Source: Harriotta raleighana
Lineage: Eukaryota
Reading direction: 5' to 3'
DNA length: 64,000 bases
Assembly: GCA_050575255.1 (NCBI GenBank)
Contig: JBNZDD010013599.1
Location: forward strand, 1,925,053-1,989,052
Position numbers and translations under genes: made by a program. The notes under the pieces are model-generated. The model ran no database searches, had not been told where the DNA came from, and saw only the letters and a list, made by a program, of their open reading frames with translations. This document shows, one piece after another, positions 1 to 13,915 of this stretch. How positions within the stretch are numbered: the first letter of the stretch is position 1; every line of letters begins with the position of its first letter.

Positions 1-392
1 TGCGCACAGCAGTGTCCCACAAACAATTGTGGATTGCAATGTCCAACTTATTCTTTTTTTCGCCTCCTTCGCCTCGCTTCCTCCCTTTCCTCTTTCAAGG
101 CCGGTCTCAAGACCTTTCTCTTCGACCGTGCCTTCAACACCCCTCTCGAGTCTCTACCCCCTCCTTGCTCCCACCCTTCCCCCCCCTCGCCCTGAACATT
201 TTCCCTTGCTCGGGTCCTGAACCAATCTGTCCAGCTCCTTGGGACGTCCTCCTGACGTGAAACGCGCTCTATAAGTGTAATTTTGTTGTTGTTGTTGTTG
301 TTGTTTTTGACAGGGATGAGGCACGCGGGGAGTGAGGAAACTTGCCCAGGGTTTTCGCCCTGCCTGGAATCGAACCCAGGTCTTTTGCTTGC
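1..392 (-). mobile_element. tRNA-derived Deu-domain SINE, interrupted by an L2 fragment and cut by the window start
   Basis: Minus strand has a Pol III B box GGTTCGATTCC (~364-374) followed by GGGCGAAAACCCTGGGCAAGTTTCCT, as in the copy at 24439-24738. Positions 1-24 are the Deu core (revcomp GTTTGTGGGACACTGCTGTGCGCA). Confidence 0.75.
58..305 (+). mobile_element. L2 LINE 3' fragment (ORF2 end, 3'UTR, stem-loop tail, (GTT)n)
   Basis: Encodes FKAGLKTFLF, typical of the L2 ORF2 C-terminus, then GGGACGTCCTCCTGACGTGAAACGCGCTCTATAAGTGTAATTTT(GTT)n. Confidence 0.85.
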
Positions 393-398
393 ATCTGC

Positions 399-862
399 AT
401 TGATAACACTAATATTGTGGCTGTTAATGTTCAAGGCGTTTCTTTGCCAGGATTGACCAAAAATGTCTCAGTTGAACCAATCGGTTTTAAATGCAGTTCC
501 CTGGCTTGTCGCTAAATCAGTCAAATAAAAACATAATACTGTATATCGAATCCATGCAGGTAATTCAGGCAACGAATTCCATTAACACCTGGTGAGTGTT
601 CGGGCCAGTATAAATGCAGCNAATTGATAACACGCATGTGGTGGGTAGCACTAATATTGTGGCTGTTAATGTTCAAGGCGTTTCTTTGCCAGGATTGACC
701 AAAAATGTCTCAGTTGAACCAATCGGTTTTAAATGCAGTTCCCTGGCTTGTCGCTAAATCAGTCAAATAAAAACATAATACTGTATATCGAATCCATGCA
801 GGTAATTCAGGCAACGAATTCCATTAACACCTGGTGAGTGTTCGGGCCAGTATAAATGCAGC
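399..862. repeat. Near-identical duplicate around single N at 621 (probable unmerged haplotigs)
   Basis: 399-620 matches 623-862; the second copy has 18 extra bp (GCATGTGGTGGGTAGCAC). Confidence 0.9.
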
Positions 863-1459
863 ATTCATTTGAACAGCCGATACAAAATTAGAAGAGGAAT
901 CTAAATAATATATTGTTGGGAAACAACCATTAGATTGTGCAAGTCTCCTAACTATTTATGTTGTGTATCTAAATAATATTACGTGTTGCAGGAGCAATTA
1001 GTGTGACTCGAAGTGTAATTACAATAACATAACAAATCGTGCTCTACACGAAGCTGTGAGTTTACTCAGCTTCACCTTATGTTGCAATAGATTACATGCT
1101 TCATTATATTCTGACGCTTTTGCTGTATAAATATTTGCTACAGAACTACTGTATTTCTTAATCTGGTGAGAAAGAGACAACTGTACAACTGGTGGGAGGT
1201 CTCCACAGCCCATTTGATGTCAGTCACTGTATTCGTGCTAGGAAGTTTTGGGGCGAAATTAAATGGGCTCCCAAAACATAAAGAAATGACAACATACTGT
1301 ACCTTCACTTCGATGGTAGAGACTAGTGGTTTGTGCAAAAACTATAGGGTCTCGAAATAAGAGTCTGCCTCATTCCATGGAGAAAAATCGGGGGCAACAG
1401 TGTGTGAAATGGATACGCAATATGTATGAGAATCCATGTTTGATCTCTGGGTTTCACCC

Positions 1460-1570
1460 GCCAAATACGCACAGTCGTACCACATTACAGTATATCAGAT
1501 GAATAGCTTCGAGATGTCTTGAAGAGGTGACAAAGTGCTATATCAAATGCCGGGATTATTGTTATGTATT
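1460..1570 (+). mobile_element. SINE 3' tail fragment
   Basis: GAGATGTCTTGAAGAGGTGACAAAGTGCTATATCAAATGCCGGGATTATT matches the window's recurrent SINE tail. Confidence 0.7.
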
Positions 1571-2569
1571 ATTGCAAACTCACAAAGCCTGAAACCCTGC
1601 AAACAGCCTCCAAAACTTGGTAACATTATTCCATCTTAGCCTTATTTTTCAATCAGCTTTACCCCCCTTCAAAATGAACATCCCAGCCACCGTTGGTGGC
1701 AATAATGATTCATTTCTGACTGACTGTTATTATTTTTGACAGCTAATGCTGCACTTTGACATCAGTTCTTGATTTGTCGCTATTAAAAAAAAGGTAATAC
1801 TGGTAATGTTCTCGGATGTCTCCACAACAAAGCTATCGGTACCCATAAGAAGTTGGATTGCAATCAGATTTCAGTCGAGGAATTTAAGAAATGGCCGTGG
1901 ATAATTAGCGAATACTATATATTGATGTGGCCCGCTGTAAAATGCAGTGCAATTAGAGTTCTAATGATCCATAGAAGAATTAAAACCACTGAAAATACAA
2001 GCAATTCCGATTGAATGGAACTCCAATCTATGGCGATGGACGATGCAAGGGCTAGCAATGACACAAGCTAGGCCTTTGATATTCCATCCGTCATCGGGTT
2101 GAAAGCGAAGGAATTGTACCAAATCCAGCAAATCTACAGTTCCGAAGTCCGTTAGTTAACATGTTAAACATGAATTCCCTTTAGATCTTGTTTTCGCGGA
2201 GGATGTTATGTTATCACAGAAATGCAGACGTGAAGAATCTTTATATACCTTTAAGCAACCCTCCCCCCTGCCCCCACCACTACATACATCCACAGCCCTA
2301 CCATTTTTGCACAACACCTTGCTGCAATTCACTTATCTACAGGATTTCTACTGAGATGCTAGTCACTGCTATAGCTCTGACAATGGTAACTGCAGCTCTC
2401 AATGCTCAAGGCAAGCTATTGCGAGGAAAGAGATTCATTACCATCGAAAATAATGTTCACGTACCCTAGTCACAAGTTGCCCTGAATGAAATTAGTCCTT
2501 CACTTCATGGCTGTTGGTGGGACATAGCTAAGTGCAGAGTTGCAGCTGCGTTTGTCTAGAAAATGCACA

Positions 2570-2670
2570 GCTCAATACAGTACAGTAAATCCCGCGGCGG
2601 GCTTTGAGATGTTTGTGATATTGCAATGATGCGATAAGATGTGCTGCATCAAAGGCGAGGAATTCTTATT
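2570..2670 (+). mobile_element. Decayed SINE 3' tail
   Basis: GCTTTGAGATGT...GATAAGATGTGCTGCATCAAAGGCGAGGAATTCTTATT resembles the same tail. Confidence 0.45.
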
Positions 2671-3636
2671 ACAAATGATGATAGTAAAGGAAAGAGCTTG
2701 TTATCGTTGCGTCCAAAAAAAAGAGCAAAACTGCCTCCACCACGCATGGAAGACAAAACACATCACTGGGCATGAGGGAGCAGATCAGCAAATACTCTAC
2801 TGTCTGCCTTTTGGCCCTCCCCCCCCAAAGAAAATCAGAGACAAATGGAACGCTAAATATTAAGCATGAAATAACTTGCGAACATCATTAAAGAAGCGCT
2901 TGGAAGTGACTTAAACAGCCCCCTTCTGTGAAATCGCATCATTCTTCAGTAATTACTTCACAAATTCAACATCACTTTGCATTTTTCCTCTGTGACCTTG
3001 AGAGCAACACAAAGAGCGTGTTATTTTCAGTGGAGCCAAAGTAGAAGAAGAAACATTAAACATCGACAATGATTTGCTCCCTTTAGTAAAATTGCTGTGA
3101 AGCAATATTTAGAATTTCTCCCTTTGTCAGGCTTCTGTATTTATTTGCAGTAAACAGTCGGAAGATTAAAAAAAATCCAGCCTAGGCACTTAGCATAACT
3201 GCTGAGCTGTTTATGAACACCCCAGAATATAAATAACTGTTATATTGGAGCTGTTCGCTTTTGGTCTATTTGCTCAAATTATGGGATTAAACAGTGTAGT
3301 GTTTAGACACTGGATTGCTCAGAAACCTTGGTGTGGGAGAAGGATGAATAGGTCAGGTATCCATTAAGACGCAAGTTGTACAGGGAATGTGAAATGTGGT
3401 GGAAGTTAAATGCAGTGCATTCCTCACTACGTTACACACTCTGTACAAAGGTACAATTTATTGCATGGAGAATAAAAAGAGATTTTAACACTTTGCGGTG
3501 GAGCAGGATAGTGCAATGCATATTCAGGAGCAGCTTGACTATGGATGTGGCAGTAAAGGGGAGTGTTATTAGTGCAACAACTGTGCATTTTTTGTTCCAG
3601 GATACACAGCTACGCTGCGTGAAGCAGTCTTGTCGT

Positions 3637-3845
3637 TTCCTTAAAGCATTACCTCGTAAAAACATGACCTTTCCTTATTTTTAAAGCCTGGTACGTTTTA
3701 CCTTCTGTAAAGCTGGTTTGCCAACTATTTGCAAGTTCAGNTTCCTTAAAGCATTACCTCGTAAAAACATGATCTTTCCTTATTTTTAAAGCCTAGTACG
3801 TTTTACCTTCTGTAAAGCTGGTTTGCCAACTATTTGCAAGTTCAG
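3637..3845. repeat. Duplicate around single N at 3741
   Basis: 3637-3740 matches 3742-3845 with 2 substitutions. Confidence 0.9.
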
Positions 3846-3859
3846 CGTCATCATCTTTC

Positions 3860-4000
3860 CAAACCTCCCCTTCCCCCTCTCTCCCCCGCCCAACCCTTCG
3901 CCCTCAGCTACTCCACCCCAAGATCAGGTGTCTATCAGCTTCGTCGAGCGCTTTGGGACGTCCTCCCAGACGTGAAATGGGCTACACAGATGTAAACTGT
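3860..4000 (+). mobile_element. L2 3'UTR/tail fragment
   Basis: C-rich 3'UTR followed by AGCGCTTTGGGACGTCCTCCCAGACGTGAAA. Confidence 0.7.
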
Positions 4001-4038
4001 ATCGGAAATTGCACGGGTTTGAGCCGAGTGGCCTGTTT

Positions 4039-4734
4039 CCACCACATATGCATTCACAGATCTTTGGAGGTTTGCTCCCAAGTCATATTTGTGACCCACG
4101 TTGTGTGTTCNGCACTATGCATTCACCACATATGCATTCACAGATCTTTGGAGGTTTGCTCCCAAGTCATATTTGTGACCCACAAAAAGGGAACGACGGC
4201 TGGGCTTGAGATGGTTAGGAGATAGGTTGGTTTTATTCCCCCGATGATGTGTTGATGCACTCCTAACCCAAGTGACACAGCTTCAAGTGGAATCCAAACC
4301 CCTGCCTGGCAGGCTTGAGGTGAGCTTCGGGTCTTTCAATACAGTACTCTGTCTTCCACTTCCACAATGGAGAATAAAACATCCAGCATATTTCGAATCG
4401 TAGAATAGCAAGTAGTTCATTGAAGCGCATGAAACGTAATTAGCACAGTCACAGCAGANAAAAAAGGAACGACGGCTGGGCTTGAGATGGTTAGGAGATA
4501 GGTTGGTTTTATTCCCCCGATGATGTGTTGATGCACTCCTAACCCAAGTGACACAGCTTCAAGTGGAATCCAAACCCCTGCCTGGCAGGCTTGAGGTGAG
4601 CTTCGGGTCTTTCAATACAGTACTCTGTCTTCCACTTCCACAATGGAGAATAAAACATCCAGCATATTTCGAATCGTAGAATAGCAAGTAGTTCATTGAA
4701 GCGCATGAAACGTAATTAGCACAGTCACAGCAGA
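4039..4734. repeat. Two duplicates around single Ns at 4111 and 4459
   Basis: ~4039-4099 matches ~4123-4183; ~4184-4458 matches ~4460-4734. Confidence 0.9.
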
Positions 4735-6517
4735 GACAGTCTTGTCGATTAACCAACAGTAAAAGGAGGAGGCGATTAGTGAGGCAGGAGAATACACATA
4801 ATTAAACTCAAAGAACTTGAGTCAGAGTCTCGGCTGCACACCTATGACCCCCATCAAACACAAGATGTTTCTGGGTGAAAGACTTCTTCAATGCCATTCA
4901 TTTTATCCTTTAACACTCAAGACTACAATTTGCTTTCAGATATTTTTCGCAGCTGCCCTGGATTTTGTTCCCATCAATTCCCCGCGGACGGACATCCTGA
5001 AAGCCTCGCGTGACGTCTTGACAAGTGAGGATGGTATTTCTTTTAAAAGGTTCATAAATGTATCGAATTAGCATAGTTTTCGGGGGTATTAAAGTCATTA
5101 TTAGCTTGGTGATGTCCATTATCAGCCCAGGCAAAGTGAAGGATTATATAATGAGTCCCGAGGGCAAATCAGGGCTACAATGACTGAACAAAATGCTATT
5201 AGTGTACATATTTTCCAGTATTATGTACACTTTCATTTTGTACTTCAAGCTCGAAACGATAAGTTTTTTTTAACACAAAAAGAGCTGAACAAATTTACTA
5301 AATAAAAGGACTGAAAGGTATTAAATTCACGCTCAGGCAGATCATTTATCTAGGCCATGAAGAATACCAGTTAGAAAAGTGTGCAATAGCAGCGGGGTAC
5401 TTAATTGCTGCAATTTTTGCAAAGAATGCATAATTAAATGATCATCTAGATTTGAGCTGATTGCTACAAACCCAACGTAATTTGAAACGCACGATTCTGT
5501 CCCCGGGTCCCTCCAATGAGTTTGAATTTGATCTAGTTCACGCCACTTGCCTAGTTTCCCCTCACCATTCGTCATACAAAAACATTAATCTATAAAAAAG
5601 AGAGAGTAGATTGAGCTAACACTTTAGTTATATTGAGGTATGAAAGCAATATTAAACGCTGTGAAAGATCCACAGCAAGATACTCACTCAATTCATTACT
5701 TTCACTTAGACTTTTGATGGATTTTCCTACCTGTGCCTATTTCATACCCAGAGCAGCTATCAGAATATTATACAATACAATTAATCACACGGTGATAGAT
5801 CAATGACCTTTCTTCAGGAGAGGGTTAAACAAAGATCTCTTACTAGCGTAAAATAAATGGTACAACAGCACCGGGAAAATGTATGTTAGAGCAAGTGCTT
5901 AAAGAGTTAATGAGCCAGTAACTAAAACTGAATGGTCTCGGGGGCCTATTAGAGATCGTCACTTGTTTTTTTAAAAAATATATATGTTTAATGGAAGAAC
6001 AGACACCCAAATAACTCCGTGGAACTATTTATCTCCTTCGCTTGATTCACGGAGAAACAGTAAAGAGGGATGAATCGCCCTCACTATCCCACTTCTGAAG
6101 AACAGATCTGCGCTTGGATGTATATGTTCTGAAGTCTGAATCGTTTTTTTTTTTTTTAAATTGAAATACTGTCAGATTCCAATGGGAGTAAGTGATGCAC
6201 ACCTAGAGATCGAGCTACGCATTTTGAATGAACCTCGCTTTCTGGTTGAATAAGTGTTAAAAAAAAAAACAGAGACATCCAGAATTAACAGACGCACCCT
6301 TTTACCTCCCCTCCAGCAAACGACCAGACAACTTTCTTATGATAACACGGAACGCAGCTCATCAGAGAATTTATCAGAAGACAAAAGAGAAAAAACAAGG
6401 GGTACAGAGCCACCGTGTTATATCACTGAGGTGAAAACGGTCGCGTTTCATAACAGATTTGATGTAATAAATTGTTCTCAAATCTGTTGGGATCGTTTCG
6501 CATTTCCACCCACAGTC

Positions 6518-6661
6518 CCTCCGCCTCGCTTCCTCCCTTTCCTCCTTCAAGGCCGGTCTCAAGACCTTCCTCTTCAACCGCGCCTTCAGCTCCTCCCGAC
6601 GTGAAAGTCACTCTACAAGTGTAATTTTGTTGTTGGTGTTGGTGTTGTTGTTGTTGTTGTT
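6518..6661 (+). mobile_element. L2 3' fragment with internal deletion
   Basis: Near-identical to 62-135, then jumps directly to CTCCCGACGTGAAAG...AAGTGTAATTTT(GTT)n. Confidence 0.85.
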
Positions 6662-9559
6662 CATTGCGGGCCTGGAATTTCCTGCGAGGTGTTTTGCCAA
6701 ATGCAATCTTTTTAACAAATCACACCGTAGTATCGTGAATAAGTCATGAGCTGAGGGCTGACAACAGTAATATTCTATCCGACAGCATTGCTGGGAGGAC
6801 AAAGAGAAGTTCTTATTCATCTCCGTGTACAGCAAAGCTGTCCGAATGGTATTCGTGCCAACGCTTATTGTGCTTGGGATTGAACCTAATACAGAATACA
6901 TTCTCCCTTTTGATGACTTCCGCGTGAAAGGATTCTTCTGAACCTAAAGCAGAACTATTTTGTCCTCTTGTCCACTGAACAGTAGCATTAGGCTTTAATA
7001 ACCAGATCGTGATGGTTGATATCTCATCAGCCTCACTTGATTGAAACAAAGTGTTGCTTCATTCTCTGAAGATTTGGGTCCCGTTCTCGACTTGAGATCC
7101 AATTGAGCGAGTGAGTGAGTGTTTGTTACACTTGGCACATTTCCATCAGACACTTAATCCTGGTCAGTAAGGACAGGTCAATTACTTGGAGCACATAGAG
7201 TTATAACTCTACACTTATTGGTATATAGACTCGTCAGTGCTGCTGTCCGATGGAAAAAATATACATTTCTGAAATTTCTTTAATCCAGTTTTTGGAGTCG
7301 AGAATTCCAGCAGCTGTTGTAGAATATAAAGTTTACGAGAGATTGTTTTGCGATCCTACCCTCATGATTAGCAATGCAGCACTCTTATCGTGAATGAAAT
7401 CAAGCGACTGTATTTATAAAGTAGTATCAGTCGCTAATTCAAGCTCAGTTTAAAATGCTGATCAAAATATTCATAGGGATTCAATGCTAATCTGTTTAAT
7501 TGACATTCGATGCAGTTTAATGTCAGTCTGTAACATTCTGGTAATTAATTTATTGAAGCATATATGCTTCATTCTCTACTCTCATGTTATTTTAATGTCA
7601 ACATTCCCCAAAGCAGATTGAATCAACAACAGTTCCGGAGTGTGTGATACCCTTTCATTATTTACACATTGGGAAATGGTGGGAAAAGCGTGGAAATGTG
7701 GTGTGAATGAATGAAGGTACTTGGTGCTAAAGTGGCCTGGATTAATCCGTGATTACCGACTGCTTTACTTAACGGAGCAGTTTGTGTTCTCAATTACATC
7801 AAGAGTAATTGCAATTAGTATATCACAGTCTTGAATCGTACCTAATCGCTCCTTATCCCCAAGCAGGTTAAAATAGAATCATGTTCAGGGGGATTTTGCA
7901 GTGAGAACCTTTTCGATCAAGTGGAAGATGACACAGTGGATGAAAACATTCAGAATATATATATATAAATGCTTTCAATCTCTTGTGCGTAGCGCTGGGC
8001 TGCTGAGTTAACGTGTCTCATGACTGCGACAACGAAGTAGGTAACAGTAGCCAAGGCTCGTATCGAATGGGAAACATTAAAAGAATATTCATATTCTAGT
8101 ATCCTAGGCGTTCTAGTTCCTGCTTCGAAACTCTGGATATCCTTATTCCCTCCCTTATGTGCGTTTGCGCACTCGGAAAGGTAATGAACATTTGCAAATC
8201 AATTTACAGCTGATCATGTAGAAGAGATGTGCGAATTTGCAGATACACATTAATCCCCCAAAATTTTTTTGTGGGTGTGTGGGTGGCGGGGAAAGTTGAA
8301 AGAGCAGGAAGAATTTTCAGACTGTTGGATATTACAGTAGACAGACTTTTCTGCTTCCCCGGATTTCACCGCAGTCATCAGAACAAGCTGTTGATTGACC
8401 TTGTACAGGTTTAACATATTTCTGCATAGAAATGAGGCACTTTGCCTATGCAAATGATGAAACCTAGTGCTCTGATGGTGATGAATGTGCAAACCGCGAG
8501 GTGGGAAACGAGACAGCAAACGACACTTCAAGAGAATAGAACTTCGTACAGTGGTCGTGAGAGCTTTTCGATCCATTCTGCAGTATTGGGTTAGCATCAT
8601 TGGGTATATGTGTGTGTGGGGGTGGGCGGGGAGGGGGAGGGATTCCTTTTCTAAAGTCAGCAGAAATGCCACGACTGTTAAAAGAGAATTAATGACCCTA
8701 AAAGTTCTGCAAAATGTAAATTGGACGACAACACAACTGAAACAACAATTTGGGAAGGGAAGTCTAGAAAATAAATCATTATGCTGTGTATTACAGCTCT
8801 ACTCCCCTCTTTTAGGGCTGCTGCTGGTAAACGACAGAATGATTTCTCCATCGTTTGCAATCGGAAATAGATATTCTCAGCATATTAGACACCAGTAACT
8901 GCATTCCTGCAAAGTCATTTAATTACTCAGATAATACGTTGTTTCTCCTCCCATTTCACATTATGTCAAGGAGAAAATGTACATCTAAGTTATAAATGGA
9001 TACAAGTTTTCTGGCTCCTTCAATTTCTTAACCTTATGTCTCTCAACGTTCAGTTCACATAACTGAAGACTATATATACTGTGTATTTAAAACATCTTTT
9101 CAGTTTCCAAACTTTTACGATTTCCCACAGAGATTGTTTTGTCAAAGTAGTCAATAATACCCTGGGTGTATATCTGATACCAGAATAGTTGTACTGCAAT
9201 AGGTCAAAGGTTGTGAAAATTGCTCATAACTTATAGATGGTTCGCTTTAAACACCCCCAAAATATGCTCTTGGAAGTTGCCAGCCATATTATTTCATCAG
9301 ATATGGGCTTGTATCTAATCGTTATTAGAGGAAACAGCTTCTTGGAAAGAGTCAAAGAAGATAACCTTCCTATATTTAATCTGACTTTACGCCTGAATTT
9401 GAAGGGAGAAACTAACCTGCATTTACCCCGAACAAGTAAATGTAACACAAATGTAAAATCAGACGACTTCAATTGGTTTAAAGAATTGCACTCATCAGGC
9501 TGAACAAAAGCCTCGTAGGCTCTGCGTAGAATACAGGAGATTTTATTCTTGCATGGTGG

Positions 9560-9800
9560 GACCATCGAAGAGGAGAGTCTTGAGGCGAGACTCGAAGGAG
9601 GCCAGGGAGGGCGTGAGGCGGAGGGATTTTGGGAGGTTGGGGGCAGAGTGAGTGAACGCTCGTCCGCTAATGGTTGGGCAGGTGGATCGGGGGACATGGA
9701 GCAGGCAAGAGTCTGCTGAGCGGACGGGTGGTGGGGGGGTGGGGGGGGTGGGCAGGTTGGTAAGGGGATAGGTGCTAAGAGTCTCAATGAGGAAGCTTGT
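9560..9800 (-). mobile_element. Decayed L2 ORF2 3' fragment
   Basis: Minus strand resembles the IGGRAF...P..WNSLP...F.SRLKT.LF region of the window's other L2 copies. Confidence 0.6.
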
Positions 9801-11264
9801 TTGTTTTGCTTGATGAGCCTATGAACTGACCAACGATATATCAACCATCGTTCGATATATCAACCACCCATTTTGGGAATGTACAAGTGGCTTTCCTGTC
9901 ATGTTATTACATTTGCAATTATCGCAATGTTCTTCATCAGGAACCATTGCATCAACTTGGAATATAGACATGTGTAGGTTTGGATAAAAGGTGTTAGTGT
10001 CTGTCAAATATTCTCAAATGCCACCTTACATACCTGCTCAATCTCCCTCACCAGAGGTACATCAGTGACACCAGCTCACCTCAGCAGAAATCGGATCCTT
10101 TTCGCTCAGGAAAGGGATATGATATACAATATATGAACTAACAGCAAGTCTGAAATGAATTAGTGTGGTATGAGGTCCATAGCTGGTTTTGACATGTATT
10201 TGTATTCATGCACATACTGATTGAAAACCAACTGAAGATGATACACACATCTGTGATTCACCTCTGGCCTCCCTATAAATCCCTGTGTAATAAATAATGT
10301 ACAATATTGACTGACTTGGACTCTCCTACTCAGCTGAAAAATAGGTATTGAAGAATCTTATATTTATGCTATAGTAATCCATTATATGTATGTAGGCTGT
10401 CAGCTAAATTAAACATTTAGATTAAAATATCATTAATTTGCCTCAATATACTGAAAAGGAACACTGCGATTTTGACATGGATATATTTTAGTCAAGCTGC
10501 AGCAAACATTGTATACAGTATGAAGGGAGCACATAATCATTTTAACAGGAACAGCCTGTCCAGATGAAATATAATTTAGTATTTTGAACAATGCTACGAG
10601 ATTTATTTGTCTTCTCTCAGGCCTGTTAGCCTCCCAAGGAAAATATAACTGTCCGATTTATATCTTCCAGTGCTGAGAGCCATAAAATGTTTAATGCTCC
10701 TCTTAGTCACCTCTTCATCTCTGCTGGAAAGGGCTCGGAGAAGAAACTGCACAAACAGCTCTCGATACAGAGTGCTTTCGAGTCCATTGCGTTTGTACCA
10801 ATTGCCACCCCACCCCAAAAAAAAAGGAATTAGAGAACATCGGGAAGGAAGTGGAATTATTCATTGCTGTTTGACTTCCTGGCATTTTTCACGGCTTAAA
10901 ATTCACCAGTTATGCAATATGTTTAACACATGATCTCTAAAGAATTGAGAACAAAGGAAAAATAGTGGGAGAGTCACAGAAAAGCTTTGGTAAATCACTA
11001 TTGCAAACATATAACATTTGATTAAGCAAGGGCAAAAAGAATCTTAGTTGGCCAGAGCTCCTAATTTCCTTATGCCAACTGTGAAAGCAACACAGTACAA
11101 TATATAGTACCTTGGGGATAGGTGTCTATAAGCCATAAAAATGTAAATTCTAACAACTAGCAGATTGGAGTCCTTCAGCGAGTTGATAAACTAGCAAAAT
11201 AGCTGTAGGAAGTCAGCATTAAGGTAGACTGCTTAGAATCATAAACAAGATTTGATAATCATCC

Positions 11265-11697
11265 GAACCAAACTTTCCTCCCCGATTACCCCAGTCCTCG
11301 CCAGACTTCACTGTCACAGAGCGGATTGACTTCAAGATTCCTCACTCTTGAAGTTTAAATCCCTCCACTCCTCTGCACCCCCCCTATCTCTCCAACCTCC
11401 TCTCTCTCTTCACAGCAGTACCCGCTGCCTCCGCTCTATGAGGTCTGGCCTCCTCTTTGTCCCCCGAATCCTCCACTCCACCTTCGGCGGCCGTGTTTTC
11501 AGTCGCTACGCGCAGAAACTCTGGAACTCCCTTCCTCAATCCCTCCAATCCCTCACTCCCTTGTTTTCCATTTTCAGTCACTTTTCCCCTCCCACTGGCT
11601 CGGCCTCAGACTCCGATCCCGTGAAGCACTCTGAGACACCATCTGGTGTAGAGGCCACTATATAAATCCAAGTTGTTGTTGTTGTTGTTGTTGTTGA
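11265..11697 (+). mobile_element. L2 3' fragment (second tail class)
   Basis: Encodes ITPVLARLH...IDFKI...FKSLH...LRSMRSGLLFVPRILHSTFGGRVFSRYAQKLWNSLP. Tail is CTGAGACACCATCTGGTGTAGAGG...ATAAATCCAA(GTT)n. Confidence 0.9.
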
Positions 11698-13166
11698 TGA
11701 TATACTCATTCTTGAGTCCTTATATTGTGCTGAACAGCCCAGCAAACTCAGGCTTGTCATCGCTAATACAAATACTGAAATAATTGCTTTGACAACTTTA
11801 AGAACTTTCTGCCAGGTGAGTGGGGAAAGGGCTTCTATCAGATATTTGAAGGTGGCGATATAGAGAGGAATGAAGCAGAGGTAGGAAGGACAGAGGGTGC
11901 TTAATCTGGAGGGGAATGCTATAAGTAATGGGGGAAGAGATTCAAAACCTTATTTAACTCTCGGCTTGAGCTGAAATAACAAACTGCTTCTAGACATACC
12001 TCTCCAATACTCTATTATTGATTGACTTGCTCATTGATGGTTTTCAACAAGACTTTAACAAGCTCAATTGGTTTTGCTGCTCGACGTTCGCAAAGCCTAT
12101 TTAGGAATTTTTTGATGGTGGTGCATAGCACTGTGGTTGTAGGGACCCGACTCGAGAGAACAAATGTATGCCTCACCCAATTCGAAAGCTTCACCTAGAG
12201 TAGCAACTGATACACAATAACTCCTATAGCGTCTAAACATGAAAGATTTTCCAAAGCGTTTGGTCTATTGGTTAAGGGGACTATTCCTCCTGGAAACTAA
12301 GAAATGCCCAGGAAGGAAACAATGATTTGAATGCCATCGAGATTTAGTAGCTGAGCAAAAGTACATTTCCTTGGAGCTATAGTATATGTTTAGTGGGAAC
12401 ACTGAATGAGTCTCCTAGATGTATCCTAACCTCACAGAACCTCATAGAGAAGAGCACTAGAAGAATGTTTTTTTTAAAAAAAAAAACACTCTTTAATCTC
12501 AATTGATCATCTGGTTTAGAACGGATTGTGGCTGCTCTGGGAATATCACTATAAAACGCAGTAATAACTCAGAATTGAAACTGTAGCATTGAGTTCTGAT
12601 TACAATTAATGTATATAAACCTTGACACGCGTATCAGTTTTCTGTAAGATCTCATAACGCTCTCTCTTCTTAACACTTGAGGAATGTAAAGCGATGGAAC
12701 TAAAGTCGCACTGATCCATAGCTGTAGGCTATTCATTGCAATTGCACTGTCACAGTCTGATTGAGGCTGTCATAGCCATCTTCAACGGTGAAAACTAGAC
12801 CTTTGCTCTAGGACACAATCAATACTAAATTAGCCTTTAATTACAAGTCTTTCAATTATTCAGTGTTGACTTATGATGTGGTGTCAGGAGGTTGTAAATC
12901 TTTCGTGAAGGTCTGACGGTCTTGTTTAGAGGTTCCTAATATATTTTCGCCGTGTGTATATAGAAAAACTACTCAAATAGAAGAGCATTCTCCCTCGTGG
13001 TTGATATTTTCATCTGAAATTAATACATTACCAAATATAATGAGATACATGGAAGATATGTTGTGAATACTCCTGTTTAAAGAGCGTTTTTCCTCAAAGT
13101 TTTTTTTAATATAAAAACAATCTCAAGCAGATAGGGAAGGCTGATAATTACTGAACTCCTTTTACT

Positions 13167-13305
13167 GAACAACAAAATTACATTTATAGAGCGCCTTTCA
13201 TGTCGGGAGGGGGGAATGTAAAGCCTTAACATGTCTTCGAGATGTCTCAAAGCGCATCACAGAATATACTGTAAAGTGAATTGACTATTTTGTGGGCAAA
13301 ACATA
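13167..13305 (-). mobile_element. L2 mini-tail (13167-13212) abutting a SINE tail (13215-13305)
   Basis: AACAACAAAATTACATTTATAGAGCGCCTTTCATGTCGGGAGG, then GATGTCTCAAAGCGCATCACAGAATATACTGTAAAGTGAATTGAC. Confidence 0.75.
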
Positions 13306-13915
13306 ACAGACAGTATATGCACCTTTTAATTATTGTTCTATGAATATTCTAACTTCTTTCTCTTATTTCAATGCGACTGCATTTTGCACTCAGCTTGTCG
13401 GATTAAGATAGGAGCACTGCTTCCAAAGTAAGACATCCCGTGCTTTACACGAAAGTCAAGCATAGGATATGAAATAGAAGACTACATTAGCAATTTCCCC
13501 AGCATAATTGACACCGCTGACTGACTGCAACAATGCTCACTGCCTTTGTGTCGTGTGTGTGTGTGTTCCTCAGAAATCTTTACCAAGCTCCAGCGTGTCC
13601 CAGCCCACGATTCATGCCAAATTCATCTTTTGGACATGTTTTTACAGTGCTCGATGTAAGTTCGTGTCCTACTGTTGACATAAAAGGATTCCTAACAATT
13701 GCAGACAGGTCATCAGTGCTGCATTAGTCACACTGTTAACCTGATAAAGAACAGCCCATGTGTGTGCGTGTCATGCCTGCATGATGTAAAACAAGAACTG
13801 ACACCGCATAAGAGTCTTCCGGCCTCTGATTTTTTCCCCAGATGCTTAAAACGGGGATTACAACAAAAAAAAAAAGCACGTCTCAGTATCGATAGATTTG
13901 TCCTTGTTTGAAACC

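Noticed and set aside
5201-5231. 10-bp perfect hairpin AGTGTACATA/TATGTACACT
   Set aside because: It is too short for a pre-miRNA and plausible by chance in AT-rich DNA.
9224-9844. 206-aa minus-strand ORF
   Set aside because: It runs through a decayed L2 and a C-rich tract, with no recognisable domain.
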